Shown in pieces: positions 28,201 through 46,200 of a stretch of DNA of 64,000 nucleotides. The stretch comes from Bugula neritina (Eukaryota > Animalia > Bryozoa): the NCBI GenBank assembly GCA_964035545.1, contig OZ037766.1, forward strand, positions 18,005,081 through 18,069,080, read 5' to 3'. Made by a program: the position numbers and the translations under genes. The notes beneath the pieces are model-generated. The model saw only the letters and a list, made by a program, of their open reading frames with translations. It ran no database searches and had not been told where the DNA came from. Every line of letters begins with the position of its first letter. The first letter of the stretch is position 1.

Positions 28201-31200
28201 TACAGAAATACACTGCAACATACTGCAACATACTGAAATACACTGTAACATACTGAAATACACTGCAACATACTGAAATATACTGCAACATAATGGAACA
28301 TACTGGAATATACTGTAAACCACCGAAATATACTGCAACATACTGAAATATACTGCAAGATACTGAAACCTACTGAAATACACTGTAACATACTGAAATA
28401 CACTGCAACATACTGAAATACACTGTAACATATTGAAATACATTGCAACACATTGAAATAAGTTGCAAGATACTGAATTATACTGCAACATACTGAAAGA
28501 CACTAAAACTCACTGAAGTATAGTGAAAAATCTGAAAATGCACTGTGGCATACTGAGATATACTGAAACACGCTGAAATATACTGGAACATACTGAAATA
28601 AACTGCAACATACTGAGATATACTGCAAGATACTGAAATATACTACAACTCACTGAAGTATAGTGTAAGTTGCAGAAATATACTGTAACACACTGAAATT
28701 TATTGTATCATACTGAAATATACGGCAACGTACTGAAATACACTGTAACATACTGAAATATATTGCAAAATACTGCAACATACTGAAGTATACTGCAACA
28801 TACTGAAAAACACTAAAACTCACTGAAGTATAGTGTAATATCTGCAAACGCACTGTAACATACTGAAATTTACTGTAACACACTGAAATATACTGTAACA
28901 TACTGAAATATACTGTTACATACTGAGATATACTGCAAGATACTGAAATATACTACAACTCACTGAAGTATAGTGTAATTAACGGAAATGTACTGTAACA
29001 TACTGAAATTTATTGTAACATACTGAATTATACTGCAACATACTGAAATACACTGTAACATACTGAAATACATTGCAAAATACTGGAACATACTGAAGTA
29101 TACTGCAACATACTGAAAGACACTAAAACTCACTGAAGTATAGTGTAATATCTGCAAATGCACTGTAACATACTGAAATTTACTGTAACACACTGAAATA
29201 TACTGTAACATACTGAAATATACTGTAACATACTGAGAGATACTGCAAGATACTAAAATATACTACAACTCACTGAAGTATAGTGTAATTTACGGAAATG
29301 TACTGTAACATACTGAAATTTATTGTAACATACTGAATTATACTGCAACATACTGAAATACACTGTAACATACTGAAATATATTGCAAAATACTGCAACA
29401 TACTGAAATACACTGTAACATACTGAAAGACACTAAAACTCACTGAAGTATAGTGTAATATCTGCAAATGCACTGTAACATATTGAAATTTACTGTAACA
29501 CAGTGAAATACACTGTAACATACTGAAATATACTGTAACATACTGAGATATACTGCAAGATACTGAAATATACTACAACTCACTGAAGTATAGTGTAATT
29601 TACGGAAATGTACTGTAACATACTGAAATTTATTGTAACATACTGAATTATACTGCAACATACTGAAATACACTGTAACATACTGAAACATATTGTAAAA
29701 TACTGCAACATGCTGAAATACACTGTAACATACTGAAAGACGCTGTATCATACTGAAATATACTATAACCCACTGAAATATACTGCAACATACTGAAATA
29801 TACTGTAACAAACTGAAATATACTGCAACATACTGAAATACACTGTAACATACAGAAATACACTGCAACATACTGCAGCAAACTGCAACATACTGCAACA
29901 TACTGTAACATACTGAAACATACTGCAACCTCCTGAAATATACTGCAACATGCTGAAATATACTGCAAGACACTGAAATATACTGCAACATACTGAAATA
30001 CACTGTAACATATTGAAATACACTGCAACACATTGAAATATGCTGCAACATACCGAAATATCTGGTAACCTACTGAAATATGTTGCAAACTACTGAAATA
30101 TACTCAACATACTGTAACACACTGAAATATACTGTAACATACTGAAATATACGGTAACATACTGAGATATACTGCAAGATACTGAAATATACTACAACTC
30201 ACTGAAGTGTAGTGTAATTTACGGAAATGTACTGTAACATACTGAAATTTATTGTAACATACTGAAATATACTGCAACATACTGAAATACACTGTAACAT
30301 ACTGAAATGCATTGCAAAATACTGCAACATACTGAAATACACTGTAACATACTGAAATACGCTGTATCATACTGAAATATACTATAACCCACGGAAAAAT
30401 ACTGCAACATACTGAAACATACTGTAACATACTGAAATATACTGCAACATACTGAAATACACTGTAACATACAGAAATACACTGCAACATACTGCAACAT
30501 ACTGAAATACACTGTAACATATTGAAATACACTGCTACACATTGAAATATGCTGCAACATACCGAAATATATGGTAACCTACTGAAATATATTGCAAAAC
30601 TACTGAAATACACTGTAACATACAGAAATACGCTGTAACATACAGAAATACACTGCAACATACTGCAACATACTGAAATACACTGTAACATACTGAAATA
30701 CACTGCAACATACTGAAATATACTGCAACATAATGGAACATACTGGAATATACTGTAAACCACCGAAATATACTGCAACATACTGAAATATACTGCAAGA
30801 TACTGAAACCTACTGAAATACACTGTAACATACTGAAATACACTGCAACATACTGAAATACACTGTAACATATTGAAATACAATGCAACACATTGAAATA
30901 AGTTGCAAGATACCGAATTATACTGCAACATACTGAAAGACACTAAAACTCACTGAAGTATAGTGAAAAATCTGAAAATGCACTGTGGCATACTGAAATA
31001 TACTGAAACACGCTGAAATATACTGGAACATACTGAAATAAACTGCAACATACTGAGATATACTGCAAGATACTGAAATATACTACAACTCACTGAAGTA
31101 TAGTGTAAGTTGCAGAAATATACTGTAACACACTGAAATTTATTGTATCATACTGAAATATACGGCAACGTACTGAAATACACTGTAACATACTGAAATA

Positions 31201-34200
31201 TATTGCAAAATACTGCAACATACTGAAGTATACTGCAACATACTGAAAGACACTAAAACTCGCTGAAGTATAGTGTAATATCTGCAAACGCACTGTAACA
31301 TACTGAAATTTACTGTAACACACTGAAATATACTGTAACATACTGAAATATACTGTTACATACTGAGATATACTGCAAGATACTGAAATATACTACAACT
31401 CACTGAAGTATAGTGTAATTAACGGAAATGCATGGTAACATACTGAAATTTATTGTAACATACTGAATTATACTGCAACATACTGAAATACACTGTAACA
31501 TACTGAAATATATTGCAAAATACTGCAACATACTGAAGTATACTGCAACATACTGAAAGACACTAAAACTCACTGAAGTATAGTGTAATATCTGCAAATG
31601 CACTGTAACATACTGAAATTTACTGTAACACACTGAAATATACTGTAACATACTGAAATATACTGTAACATACTGAGATATACTGCAAGATACTAAAATA
31701 TACTACAACTCACTGAAGTATAGTGTAATTTACGGAAATGTACTGTAACATACTGAAATTTATTGTAACATACTGAATTATTTTGCAACATACTGAAATA
31801 CACTGTAACATACTGAAATATATTGCAAAATACTGCAACATACTGAAATACACTGTAACATACTGAAAGACACTAAAACTCACTGAAGTATAGTGTAATA
31901 TCTGGAAATGCACTGTGACATAATGAAATATACTGAAACACGCTGAAATATACTGCAACATACTGAAATATACTGTAACATACTGAAATTTATTGTAACA
32001 TACCGAATTATACTGCAACATACTGAAATATACTGTAACATACTGAAACATATTGCAAAATACTGCAACATACTTAAATACACTGTAACATACTGAAAGA
32101 CACTAAAACTCACTGAAGTATAGTGTAATATCTGGAAATGCACTGTGACATACTGAAATATACTGAAACACGCTGAAATATACTTCAACATAATGAAATA
32201 TACCTAAAAATATTGAAACATACTGAAATACACTGTAACATGCTGAAATACACTGTATCATACTGAAGTATACTGTAACGCACTGAAATATACTGTAACA
32301 TACTGAATTATACTGAAACATACTGCAAAATCCTGAAATATACTGCAACATGCTGAAATATACTGCAAGACACTGAAACCTACTGAAATACACTGTAACA
32401 TACTGAAATACACTGCAACATACTGAAATACACTGTAACATACAGACATACACTGCAACATACTGCAGCATACTGCAACATGCTGCAACATACTGAAATA
32501 CACTGTAACATATTGAAATACACTGCAACACATTGAAATATGCTGTAACATACTGAGATATACTGCAAGACACTGAAATATACTACAGCTCACTGAAGTA
32601 TAGTGTAATTTACGGAAATGTACTGTAACATACTGAAATTTATTGTAACATACTGAAATATACTGCAACATACTGAAATACACTGTAACATACTGAAATA
32701 TATTGCAAAATACTGCAACATACTGAAATACACTGTAACATACTCAAATACATTGTATCATACTGGAATATGCTATAACCCACTGAAATATACTGCAACT
32801 TACTGAAATATACTGTAACATACTGAAATATACTGCAACATACTGAAATACACTGTAACATACAGAAGTATGCTGTAACATACAGAAATACACTGCAACA
32901 TACTGCAACATACTGAAATACACTGTAACATACTGAAACACAATGCAACATACTGAAATATACTGCAACATACTGGAACATACTGGAATATACTGTAACC
33001 CACTGAAATATACTGCAACATACTCAAATATACTGCAAGATACTGAAACCTACTGAAATACACTGTAACATACTGAAATACACTGCAACATGCTGCAACA
33101 TACTGAAATACACTGTAACATATTGAAATACATTGCAACACATTGAAATAAGATGCAAGATACCGAAATATACTGCAACATACTGAAAGACACTAAAACT
33201 CACTGAAGTATAGTGAAAAATTTAAAAATGCACTGTGGCATACTGAAATATACTGAAACACGCTGAAATATACTGGAACATACTGAAATAAACTGTAACA
33301 TACTGAGATATACTTCAAGATACTGAAATATACTACAACTCACTGAAGTATAGCGTAATTTGCAGAAATGTACTGTAACACACTGAAATTTATTGTATCA
33401 TACTGAAATATACTGCAACGTACTGAAATACACTGTAACATACTAAAATATATTGCAAAATACTGCAACATACTGAAATATACTGCAACATACTGAAAGA
33501 CACTAAAACTCACTGAAGTATAGTGTAATATCTGCAAATGCACTGTAACATACTGAAATTTACTGTAACACACTGAAATATACTGTAACATACTGAAATA
33601 TACTGTAACATACTGAGATATACTGTGAGATTCTGAAATATGCTACAACTCACTGAAGTATAGTGTAATTTACGGAAATGTACTGTAACATACTGAAATT
33701 TATTGTAACATACTGAATTATACTGCAACATACTGAAATACACTGTAACATACTGAAAGACACTAAAACTCACTGAAGTATAGTGTAATATCTGCAAATG
33801 CACTGTAACATATTGAAGTTTACTGTAACACAGTGAAATATACTGTAACATACTGAAATATACTGTAACATACTGAGATATACTGCAAAATACTGAAATA
33901 TACTACAACTCACTGAAGTATAGTGTAATTTACGAAAATGTACTGTAACATACTGGAATTTATTGTATCATACTGAAATATACTGCAACATACTGAAATA
34001 CACTGTAGCATACTAAAATGTATTGCAAAATACTGCAACATACTGAGATATACTGCAACATACTGAAAGACACTAAAACTCACTGAAGTATAGTGTAATA
34101 TCTGCAAATGCACTGTAACATACTGAAATTTACTGTAACACACTGAAATATACTGTAACATACTGAAATACACAATAACATACTGAGATATACTGCAAGA

Positions 34201-37200
34201 TACTGAAATATACTACAACTCACTGAAGTATAGTGTAATATCTGCAAATGCACTGTAACATACTGAAATTTACTGTAGCACACTGAAATATACTGTAACA
34301 TACAGAAATATACTGTAACATACTGAGATATACTGCAAGATACTGAAATATACTACAACTCACTGAAGTATAGTGTAAGTTGCAGAAATATACTGTAACA
34401 CACTGAAATTTATTGTATCATACTGAAATATACGGCAACGTACTGAAATACACTGTAACATACTGAAAGACGCCGTATCATACTGAAATATACTATAACC
34501 CACTGAAATATACTGCAACATACTGAAAAATACTGTAACATACTGAAATATACTGCAACATACTGAAATACACTGTAACATACAGAAATACACTGCAACA
34601 TACTGCAGCATACTGCAACATACTGCAACATGCTGAAATACACTGTAACATACTGAAATATACTGTAACATACTGAGATATACTGCAAGATACTGAAATA
34701 TACTACAACTCACTGGAGTATAGTGTAATTTACGAAAATGTACTGTAACATACTGAAATACACTGTAACATACTGAAACATATTGCAAAATACTGCAACA
34801 TAGTGAAATACACTGTAACATACTGAAAGACGCCGTATCATACTGAAATATACTATAACCCACTGAAATATACTGCAACATACTGAAATATACTGCAACA
34901 CACTGGAACATACTGGAATATACTGTAACCCACTGAAATATACCGCAACATACTGAAATATACTGCAAGATACTGAAACCTACTGAAATACACTGTAACA
35001 TACTGAAGTACACTGCAGCATACTGCAACATACTGAAATACACTGTAACATATTGAAATACAATGCAACACATTGAAATAAGTTGCAAGATACCGAAATA
35101 TACTGCAACATTTTGAAAGACACTAAAACTCACTGAAGTATAGTGAAAAATCTGAAAATGCACTGTGGCATACTGAAATATACTGAAACACGCTGAAATA
35201 TACTGGAACATCCTGAAATAAACTGTAACATACTGAGATATACTGCAAGATACTGAAATATACTACAACTCACTGAAGTATAGCGTAATTTGCAGAAATG
35301 TACTGTAACACATTGAAATTTATTGGGTCATACTGAAATATACTGCAACGTACTGAAATACACTGTAACATACTAAAATATATTGCAAAATACTGCAACA
35401 TACTGAAATATACTGCAACATGCTGAAAGACACAAAAACTCACTGAAGTATAGTGTAATATCTGCAAATGCACTGTAACATACTGAAATTTACTGTAACA
35501 CACTGAAATATACTGTAACATACCGAAATATACTGTAACATACAGGAATACACTACAACATACTGCAACATACTGAAATACACTGTAACATACTGAAATA
35601 CACTGTAACATATTGAAATACACTGCAACACATTGAAATATGCTGCAACATACCGAAATATCTGGTAACCTACTGAAATATGTTGCAAACTACTGAAATA
35701 TACTCAACATACTGTAACACACTGAAATATACTGTAACATACTGAAATGTACGGTAACATACTGAGATATACTGCAAGATACTGAAATATACTACAACTC
35801 ACTGAAGTGTAGTGTAATTTACGGAAATGTACTGTAACATACTGAAATTTATTGTAACATACTGAAATATACTGCAACATACTGAAATACACTGTAACAT
35901 ACTGAAATGCATTGCAAAATACTGCAACATACTGAAATACACTGTAACATACTGAAATTTGCTGTATCATACTGAAATATACTATAACCCACGGAAAAAT
36001 ACTGCAACATACTGAAACATACTGTAACATACTGAAATATACTGCAACATACTGAAATACACTGTAACATACAGAAATACACTGCAACATACTGCAACAT
36101 ACTGAAATACACTGTAACATATTGAAATACACTGCTACACATTGAAATATGCTGCAACATACCGAAATATATGGTAACCTACTGAAATATATTGCAAAAC
36201 TACTGAAATACACTGTAACATACAGAAATACGCTGTAACATACAGAAATACACTGCAACATACTGCAACATACTGAAATACACTGTAACATACTGAAATA
36301 CACTGCAACATACTGAAATATACTGCAACATAATGGAACATACTGGAATATACTGTAAACCACCGAAATATACTGCAACATACTGAAATATACTGCAAGA
36401 TACTGAAACCTACTGAAATACACTGTAACATACTGAAATACACTGCAACATACTGAAATACACTGTAACATATTGAAATACATTGCAACACATTGAAATA
36501 AGTTGCAAGATACTGAATTATACTGCAACATACTGAAAGACACTAAAACTCACTGAAGTATAGTGAAAAATCTGAAAATGCACTGTGGCATACTGAGATA
36601 TACTGAAACACGCTGAAATATACTGGAACATACTGAAATAAACTGCAACATACTGAGATATACTGCAAGATACTGAAATATACTACAACTCACTGAAGTA
36701 TAGTGTAAGTTGCAGAAATATACTGTAACACACTGAAATTTATTGTATCATACTGAAATATACGGCAACGTACTGAAATACACTGTAACATACTGAAATA
36801 TATTGCAAAATACTGCAACATACTGAAGTATACTGCAACATACTGAAAAACACTAAAACTCACTGAAGTATAGTGTAATATCTGCAAACGCACTGTAACA
36901 TACTGAAATTTACTGTAACACACTGAAATATACTGTAACATACTGAAATATACTGTTACATACTGAGATATACTGCAAGATACTGAAATATACTACAACT
37001 CACTGAAGTATAGTGTAATTAACGGAAATGTACTGTAACATACTGAAATTTATTGTAACATACTGAATTATACTGCAACATACTGAAATACACTGTAACA
37101 TACTGAAATATATTGCAAAATACTGGAACATACTGAAGTATACTGCAACATACTGAAAGACACTAAAACTCACTGAAGTATAGTGTAATATCTGCAAATG

Positions 37201-40200
37201 CACTGTAACATACTGGAATTTACTGTAACACACTGAAATATACTGTAACATACTGAAATATACTGTAACATACTGAGAGATACTGCAAGATACTAAAATA
37301 TACTACAACTCACTGAAGTATAGTGTAATTTACGGAAATGTACTGTAACATACTGAAATTTATTGTAACATACTGAATTATACTGCAACATACTGAAATA
37401 CACTGTAACATACTGAAATATATTGCAAAATACTGCAACATACTGAAATACACTGTAACATACTGAAAGACACTAAAACTCACTGAAGTATAGTGTAATA
37501 TCTGCAAATGCACTGTAACATATTGAAATTTACTGTAACACAGTGAAATATACTGTAACATACTGAAATATACTGTAACATACTGAGATATACTGCAAGA
37601 TACTGAAATATACTACAACTCACTGAAGTATAGTGTAATTTACGGAAATGTACTGTAACATACTGAAATTTATTGTAACATACTGAATTATACTGCAACA
37701 TACTGAAATACACTGTAACATACTGAAACATATTGTAAAATACTGCAACATGCTGAAATACACTGTAACATACTGAAAGACGCTGTATCATACTGAAATA
37801 TACTATAACCCACTGAAATATACTGCAACATACTGAAATATACTGTAACAAACTGAAATATACTGCAACATACTGAAATACACTGTAACATACAGAAATA
37901 CACTGCAACATACTGCAGCAAACTGCAACATACTGCAACATACTGTAACATACTGAAACATACTGCAACCTCCTGAAATATACTGCAACATGCTGAAATA
38001 TACTGCAAGACACTGAAATATACTGCAACATACTGAAATACACTGTAACATATTGAAATACACTGCAACACATTGAAATATGCTGCAACATACCGAAATA
38101 TCTGGTAACCTACTGAAATATGTTGCAAACTACTGAAATATACTCAACATACTGTAACACACTGAAATATACTGTAACATACTGAAATATACGGTAACAT
38201 ACTGAGATATACTGCAAGATACTGAAATATACTACAACTCACTGGAGTATAGTGTAATTTACGAAAATGTACTGTAACATACTGAAATACACTGTAACAT
38301 ACTGAAACATATTGCAAAATACTGCAACATAGTGAAATACACTGTAACATACTGAAAGACGCCGTATCATACTGAAATATACTATAACCCACTGAAATAT
38401 ACTGCAACATACTGAAATATACTGCAACACACTGGAACATACTGGAATATACTGTAACCCACTGAAATATACCGCAACATACTGAAATATACTGCAAGAT
38501 ACTGAAACCTACTGAAATACACTGTAACATACTGAAGTACACTGCAGCATACTGCAACATACTGAAATACACTGTAACATATTGAAATACAATGCAACAC
38601 ATTGAAATAAGTTGCAAGATACCGAAATATACTGCAACATTTTGAAAGACACTAAAACTCACTGAAGTATAGTGAAAAATCTGAAAATGCACTGTGGCAT
38701 ACTGAAATATACTGAAACACGCTGAAATATACTGGAACATCCTGAAATAAACTGTAACATACTGAGATATACTGCAAGATACTGAAATATACTACAACTC
38801 ACTGAAGTATAGCGTAATTTGCAGAAATGTACTGTAACACATTGAAATTTATTGGGTCATACTGAAATATACTGCAACGTACTGAAATACACTGTAACAT
38901 ACTAAAATATATTGCAAAATACTGCAACATACTGAAATATACTGCAACATGCTGAAAGACACAAAAACTCACTGAAGTATAGTGTAATATCTGCAAATGC
39001 ACTGTAACATACTGAAATTTACTGTAACACACTGAAATATACTGTAACATACCGAAATATACTGTAACATACAGGAATACACTACAACATACTGCAACAT
39101 ACTGAAATACACTGTAACATACTGAAATACACTGTAACATATTGAAATACACTGCAACACATTGAAATATGCTGCAACATACCGAAATATCTGGTAACCT
39201 ACTGAAATATGTTGCAAACTACTGAAATATACTCAACATACTGTAACACACTGAAATATACTGTAACATACTGAAATATACGGTAACATACTGAGATATA
39301 CTGCAAGATACTGAAATATACTACAACTCACTGAAGTGTAGTGTAATTTACGGAAATGTACTGTAACATACTGAAATTTATTGTAACATACTGAAATATA
39401 CTGCAACATACTGAAATACACTGTAACATACTGAAATGCATTGCAAAATACTGCAACATACTGAAATACACTGTAACATACTGAAATTTGCTGTATCATA
39501 CTGAAATATACTATAACCCACGGAAAAATACTGCAACATACTGAAACATACTGTAACATACTGAAATATACTGCAACATACTGAAATACACTGTAACATA
39601 CAGAAATACACTGCAACATACTGCAACATACTGAAATACACTGTAACATATTGAAATACGCTGCTACACATTGAAATATGCTGCAACATACCGAAATATA
39701 TGGTAACCTACTGAAATATATTGCAAAACTACTGAAATACACTGTAACATACAGAAATACGCTGTAACATACAGAAATACACTGCAACATACTGCAACAT
39801 ACTGAAATACACTGTAACATACTGAAATACACTGCAACATACTGAAATATACTGCAACATAATGGAACATACTGGAATATACTGTAAACCACCGAAATAT
39901 ACTGCAACATACTGAAATATACTGCAAGATACTGAAACCTACTGAAATACACTGTAACATACTGAAATACACTGCAACATACTGAAATACACTGTAACAT
40001 ATTGAAATACATTGCAACACATTGAAATAAGTTGCAAGATACTGAATTATACTGCAACATACTGAAAGACACTAAAACTCACTGAAGTATAGTGAAAAAT
40101 CTGAAAATGCACTGTGGCATACTGAGATATACTGAAACACGCTGAAATATACTGGAACATACTGAAATAAACTGCAACATACTGAGATATACTGCAAGAT

Positions 40201-43200
40201 ACTGAAATATACTACAACTCACTGAAGTATAGTGTAAGTTGCAGAAATATACTGTAACACACTGAAATTTATTGTATCATACTGAAATATACGGCAACGT
40301 ACTGAAATACACTGTAACATACTGAAAGACGCCGTATCATACTGAAATATACTATAACCCACTGAAATATACTGCAACATACTGAAAAATACTGTAACAT
40401 ACTGAAATATACTGCAACATACTGAAATACACTGTAACATACAGAAATACACTGCAACATACTGCAGCATACTGCAACATACTGCAACATGCTGAAATAC
40501 ACTGTAACATACTGAAATATACTGTAACATACTGAGATATACTGCAAGATACTGAAATATACTACAACTCACTGGAGTATAGTGTAATTTACGAAAATGT
40601 ACTGTAACATACTGAAATACACTGTAACATACTGAAACATATTGCAAAATACTGCAACATAGTGAAATACACTGTAACATACTGAAAGACGCCGTATCAT
40701 ACTGAAATATACTATAACCCACTGAAATATACTGCAACATACTGAAATATACTGCAACACACTGGAACATACTGGAATATACTGTAACCCACTGAAATAT
40801 ACCGCAACATACTGAAATATACTGCAAGATACTGAAACCTACTGAAATACACTGTAACATACTGAAGTACACTGCAGCATACTGCAACATACTGAAATAC
40901 ACTGTAACATATTGAAATACAATGCAACACATTGAAATAAGTTGCAAGATACCGAAATATACTGCAACATTTTGAAAGACACTAAAACTCACTGAAGTAT
41001 AGTGAAAAATCTGAAAATGCACTGTGGCATACTGAAATATACTGAAACACGCTGAAATATACTGGAACATCCTGAAATAAACTGTAACATACTGAGATAT
41101 ACTGCAAGATACTGAAATATACTACAACTCACTGAAGTATAGCGTAATTTGCAGAAATGTACTGTAACACATTGAAATTTATTGGGTCATACTGAAATAT
41201 ACTGCAACGTACTGAAATACACTGTAACATACTAAAATATATTGCAAAATACTGCAACATACTGAAATATACTGCAACATGCTGAAAGACACAAAAACTC
41301 ACTGAAGTATAGTGTAATATCTGCAAATGCACTGTAACATACTGAAATTTACTGTAACACACTGAAATATACTGTAACATACCGAAATATACTGTAACAT
41401 ACAGGAATACACTACAACATACTGCAACATACTGAAATACACTGTAACATACTGAAATACACTGTAACATATTGAAATACACTGCAACACATTGAAATAT
41501 GCTGCAACATACCGAAATATCTGGTAACCTACTGAAATATGTTGCAAACTACTGAAATATACTCAACATACTGTAACACACTGAAATATACTGTAACATA
41601 CTGAAATATACGGTAACATACTGAGATATACTGCAAGATACTGAAATATACTACAACTCACTGAAGTGTAGTGTAATTTACGGAAATGTACTGTAACATA
41701 CTGAAATTTATTGTAACATACTGAAATATACTGCAACATACTGAAATACACTGTAACATACTGAAATGCATTGCAAAATACTGCAACATACTGAAATACA
41801 CTGTAACATACTGAAATTTGCTGTATCATACTGAAATATACTATAACCCACGGAAAAATACTGCAACATACTGAAACATACTGTAACATACTGAAATATA
41901 CTGCAACATACTGAAATACACTGTAACATACAGAAATACACTGCAACATACTGCAACATACTGAAATACACTGTAACATATTGAAATACACTGCTACACA
42001 TTGAAATATGCTGCAACATACCGAAATATATGGTAACCTACTGAAATATATTGCAAAACTACTGAAATACACTGTAACATACAGAAATACGCTGTAACAT
42101 ACAGAAATACACTGCAACATACTGCAACATACTGAAATACACTGTAACATACTGAAATACACTGCAACATACTGAAATATACTGCAACATAATGGAACAT
42201 ACTGGAATATACTGTAAACCACCGAAATATACTGCAACATACTGAAATATACTGCAAGATACTGAAACCTACTGAAATACACTGTAACATACTGAAATAC
42301 ACTGCAACATACTGAAATACACTGTAACATATTGAAATACATTGCAACACATTGAAATAAGTTGCAAGATACTGAATTATACTGCAACATACTGAAAGAC
42401 ACTAAAACTCACTGAAGTATAGTGAAAAATCTGAAAATGCACTGTGGCATACTGAGATATACTGAAACACGCTGAAATATACTGGAACATACTGAAATAA
42501 ACTGCAACATACTGAGATATACTGCAAGATACTGAAATATACTACAACTCACTGAAGTATAGTGTAAGTTGCAGAAATATACTGTAACACACTGAAATTT
42601 ATTGTATCATACTGAAATATACGGCAACGTACTGAAATACACTGTAACATACTGAAATATATTGCAAAATACTGCAACATACTGAAGTATACTGCAACAT
42701 ACTGAAAAACACTAAAACTCACTGAAGTATAGTGTAATATCTGCAAACGCACTGTAACATACTGAAATTTACTGTAACACACTGAAATATACTGTAACAT
42801 ACTGAAATATACTGTTACATACTGAGATATACTGCAAGATACTGAAATATACTACAACTCACTGAAGTATAGTGTAATTAACGGAAATGTACTGTAACAT
42901 ACTGAAATTTATTGTACCATACTGAATTATACTGCAACATACTGAAATACACTGTAACATACTGAAATATATTGCAAAATACTGGAACATACTGAAGTAT
43001 ACTGCAACATACTGAAAGACACTAAAACTCACTGAAGTATAGTGTAATATCTGCAAATGCACTGTAACATACTGAAATTTACTGTAACACACTGAAATAT
43101 ACTGTAACATACTGAAATATACTGTAACATACTGAGAGATACTGCAAGATACTAAAATATACTACAACTCACTGAAGTATAGTGTAATTTACGGAAATGT

Positions 43201-46200
43201 ACTGTAACATACTGAAATTTATTGTAACATACTGAATTATACTGCAACATACTGAAATACACTGTAACATACTGAAATATATTGCAAAATACTGCAACAT
43301 ACTGAAATACACTGTAACATACTGAAAGACACTAAAACTCACTGAAGTATAGTGTAATATCTGCAAATGCACTGTAACATATTGAAATTTACTGTAACAC
43401 AGTGAAATATACTGTAACATACTGAAATATACTGTAACATACTGAGATATACTGCAAGATACTGAAATATACTACAACTCACTGAAGTATAGTGTAATTT
43501 ACGGAAATGTACTGTAACATACTGAAATTTATTGTAACATACTGAATTATACTGCAACATACTGAAATACACTGTAACATACTGAAACATATTGTAAAAT
43601 ACTGCAACATGCTGAAATACACTGTAACATACTGAAAGACGCTGTATCATACTGAAATATACTATAACCCACTGAAATATACTGCAACATACTGAAATAT
43701 ACTGTAACAAACTGAAATATACTGCAACATACTGAAATACACTGTAACATACAGAAATACACTGCAACATACTGCAGCAAACTGCAACATACTGCAACAT
43801 ACTGTAACATACTGAAACATACTGCAACCTCCTGAAATATACTGCAACATGCTGAAATATACTGCAAGACACTGAAATATACTGCAACATACTGAAATAC
43901 ACTGTAACATATTGAAATACACTGCAACACATTGAAATATGCTGCAACATACCGAAATATCTGGTAACCTACTGAAATATGTTGCAAACTACTGAAATAT
44001 ACTCAACATACTGTAACACACTGAAATATACTGTAACATACTGAAATATACGGTAACATACTGAGATATACTGCAAGATACTGAAATATACTACAACTCA
44101 CTGAAGTGTAGTGTAATTTACGGAAATGTACTGTAACATACTGAAATTTATTGTAACATACTGAAATATACTGCAACATACTGAAATACACTGTAACATA
44201 CTGAAATGCATTGCAAAATACTGCAACATACTGAAATACACTGTAACATACTGAAATACGCTGTATCATACTGAAATATACTATAACCCACGGAAAAATA
44301 CTGCAACATACTGAAACATACTGTAACATACTGAAATATACTGCAACATACTGAAATACACTGTAACATACAGAAATACACTGCAACATACTGCAACATA
44401 CTGAAATACACTGTAACATATTGAAATACACTGCTACACATTGAAATATGCTGCAACATACCGAAATATATGGTAACCTACTGAAATATATTGCAAAACT
44501 ACTGAAATACACTGTAACATACAGAAATACGCTGTAACATACAGAAATACACTGCAACATACTGCAACATACTGAAATACACTGTAACATACTGAAATAC
44601 ACTGCAACATACTGAAATATACTGCAACATAATGGAACATACTGGAATATACTGTAAACCACCGAAATATACTGCAACATACTGAAATATACTGCAAGAT
44701 ACTGAAACCTACTGAAATACACTGTAACATACTGAAATACACTGCAACATACTGAAATACACTGTAACATATTGAAATACATTGCAACACATTGAAATAA
44801 GTTGCAAGATACTGAATTATACTGCAACATACTGAAAGACACTAAAACTCACTGAAGTATAGTGAAAAATCTGAAAATGCACTGTGGCATACTGAGATAT
44901 ACTGAAACACGCTGAAATATACTGGAACATACTGAAATAAACTGCAACATACTGAGATATACTGCAAGATACTGAAATATACTACAACTCACTGAAGTAT
45001 AGTGTAAGTTGCAGAAATATACTGTAACACACTGAAATTTATTGTATCATACTGAAATATACGGCAACGTACTGAAATACACTGTAACATACTGAAAGAC
45101 GCCGTATCATACTGAAATATACTATAACCCACTGAAATATACTGCAACATACTGAAAAATACTGTAACATACTGAAATATACTGCAACATACTGAAATAC
45201 ACTGTAACATACAGAAATACACTGCAACATACTGCAGCATACTGCAACATACTGCAACATGCTGAAATACACTGTAACATACTGAAATATACTGTAACAT
45301 ACTGAGATATACTGCAAGATACTGAAATATACTACAACTCACTGGAGTATAGTGTAATTTACGAAAATGTACTGTAACATACTGAAATACACTGTAACAT
45401 ACTGAAACATATTGCAAAATACTGCAACATAGTGAAATACACTGTAACATACTGAAAGACGCCGTATCATACTGAAATATACTATAACCCACTGAAATAT
45501 ACTGCAACATACTGAAATATACTGCAACACACTGGAACATACTGGAATATACTGTAACCCACTGAAATATACCGCAACATACTGAAATATACTGCAAGAT
45601 ACTGAAACCTACTGAAATACACTGTAACATACTGAAGTACACTGCAGCATACTGCAACATACTGAAATACACTGTAACATATTGAAATACAATGCAACAC
45701 ATTGAAATAAGTTGCAAGATACCGAAATATACTGCAACATTTTGAAAGACACTAAAACTCACTGAAGTATAGTGAAAAATCTGAAAATGCACTGTGGCAT
45801 ACTGAAATATACTGAAACACGCTGAAATATACTGGAACATCCTGAAATAAACTGTAACATACTGAGATATACTGCAAGATACTGAAATATACTACAACTC
45901 ACTGAAGTATAGCGTAATTTGCAGAAATGTACTGTAACACATTGAAATTTATTGGGTCATACTGAAATATACTGCAACGTACTGAAATACACTGTAACAT
46001 ACTAAAATATATTGCAAAATACTGCAACATACTGAAATATACTGCAACATGCTGAAAGACACAAAAACTCACTGAAGTATAGTGTAATATCTGCAAATGC
46101 ACTGTAACATACTGAAATTTACTGTAACACACTGAAATATACTGTAACATACCGAAATATACTGTAACATACAGGAATACACTACAACATACTGCAACAT

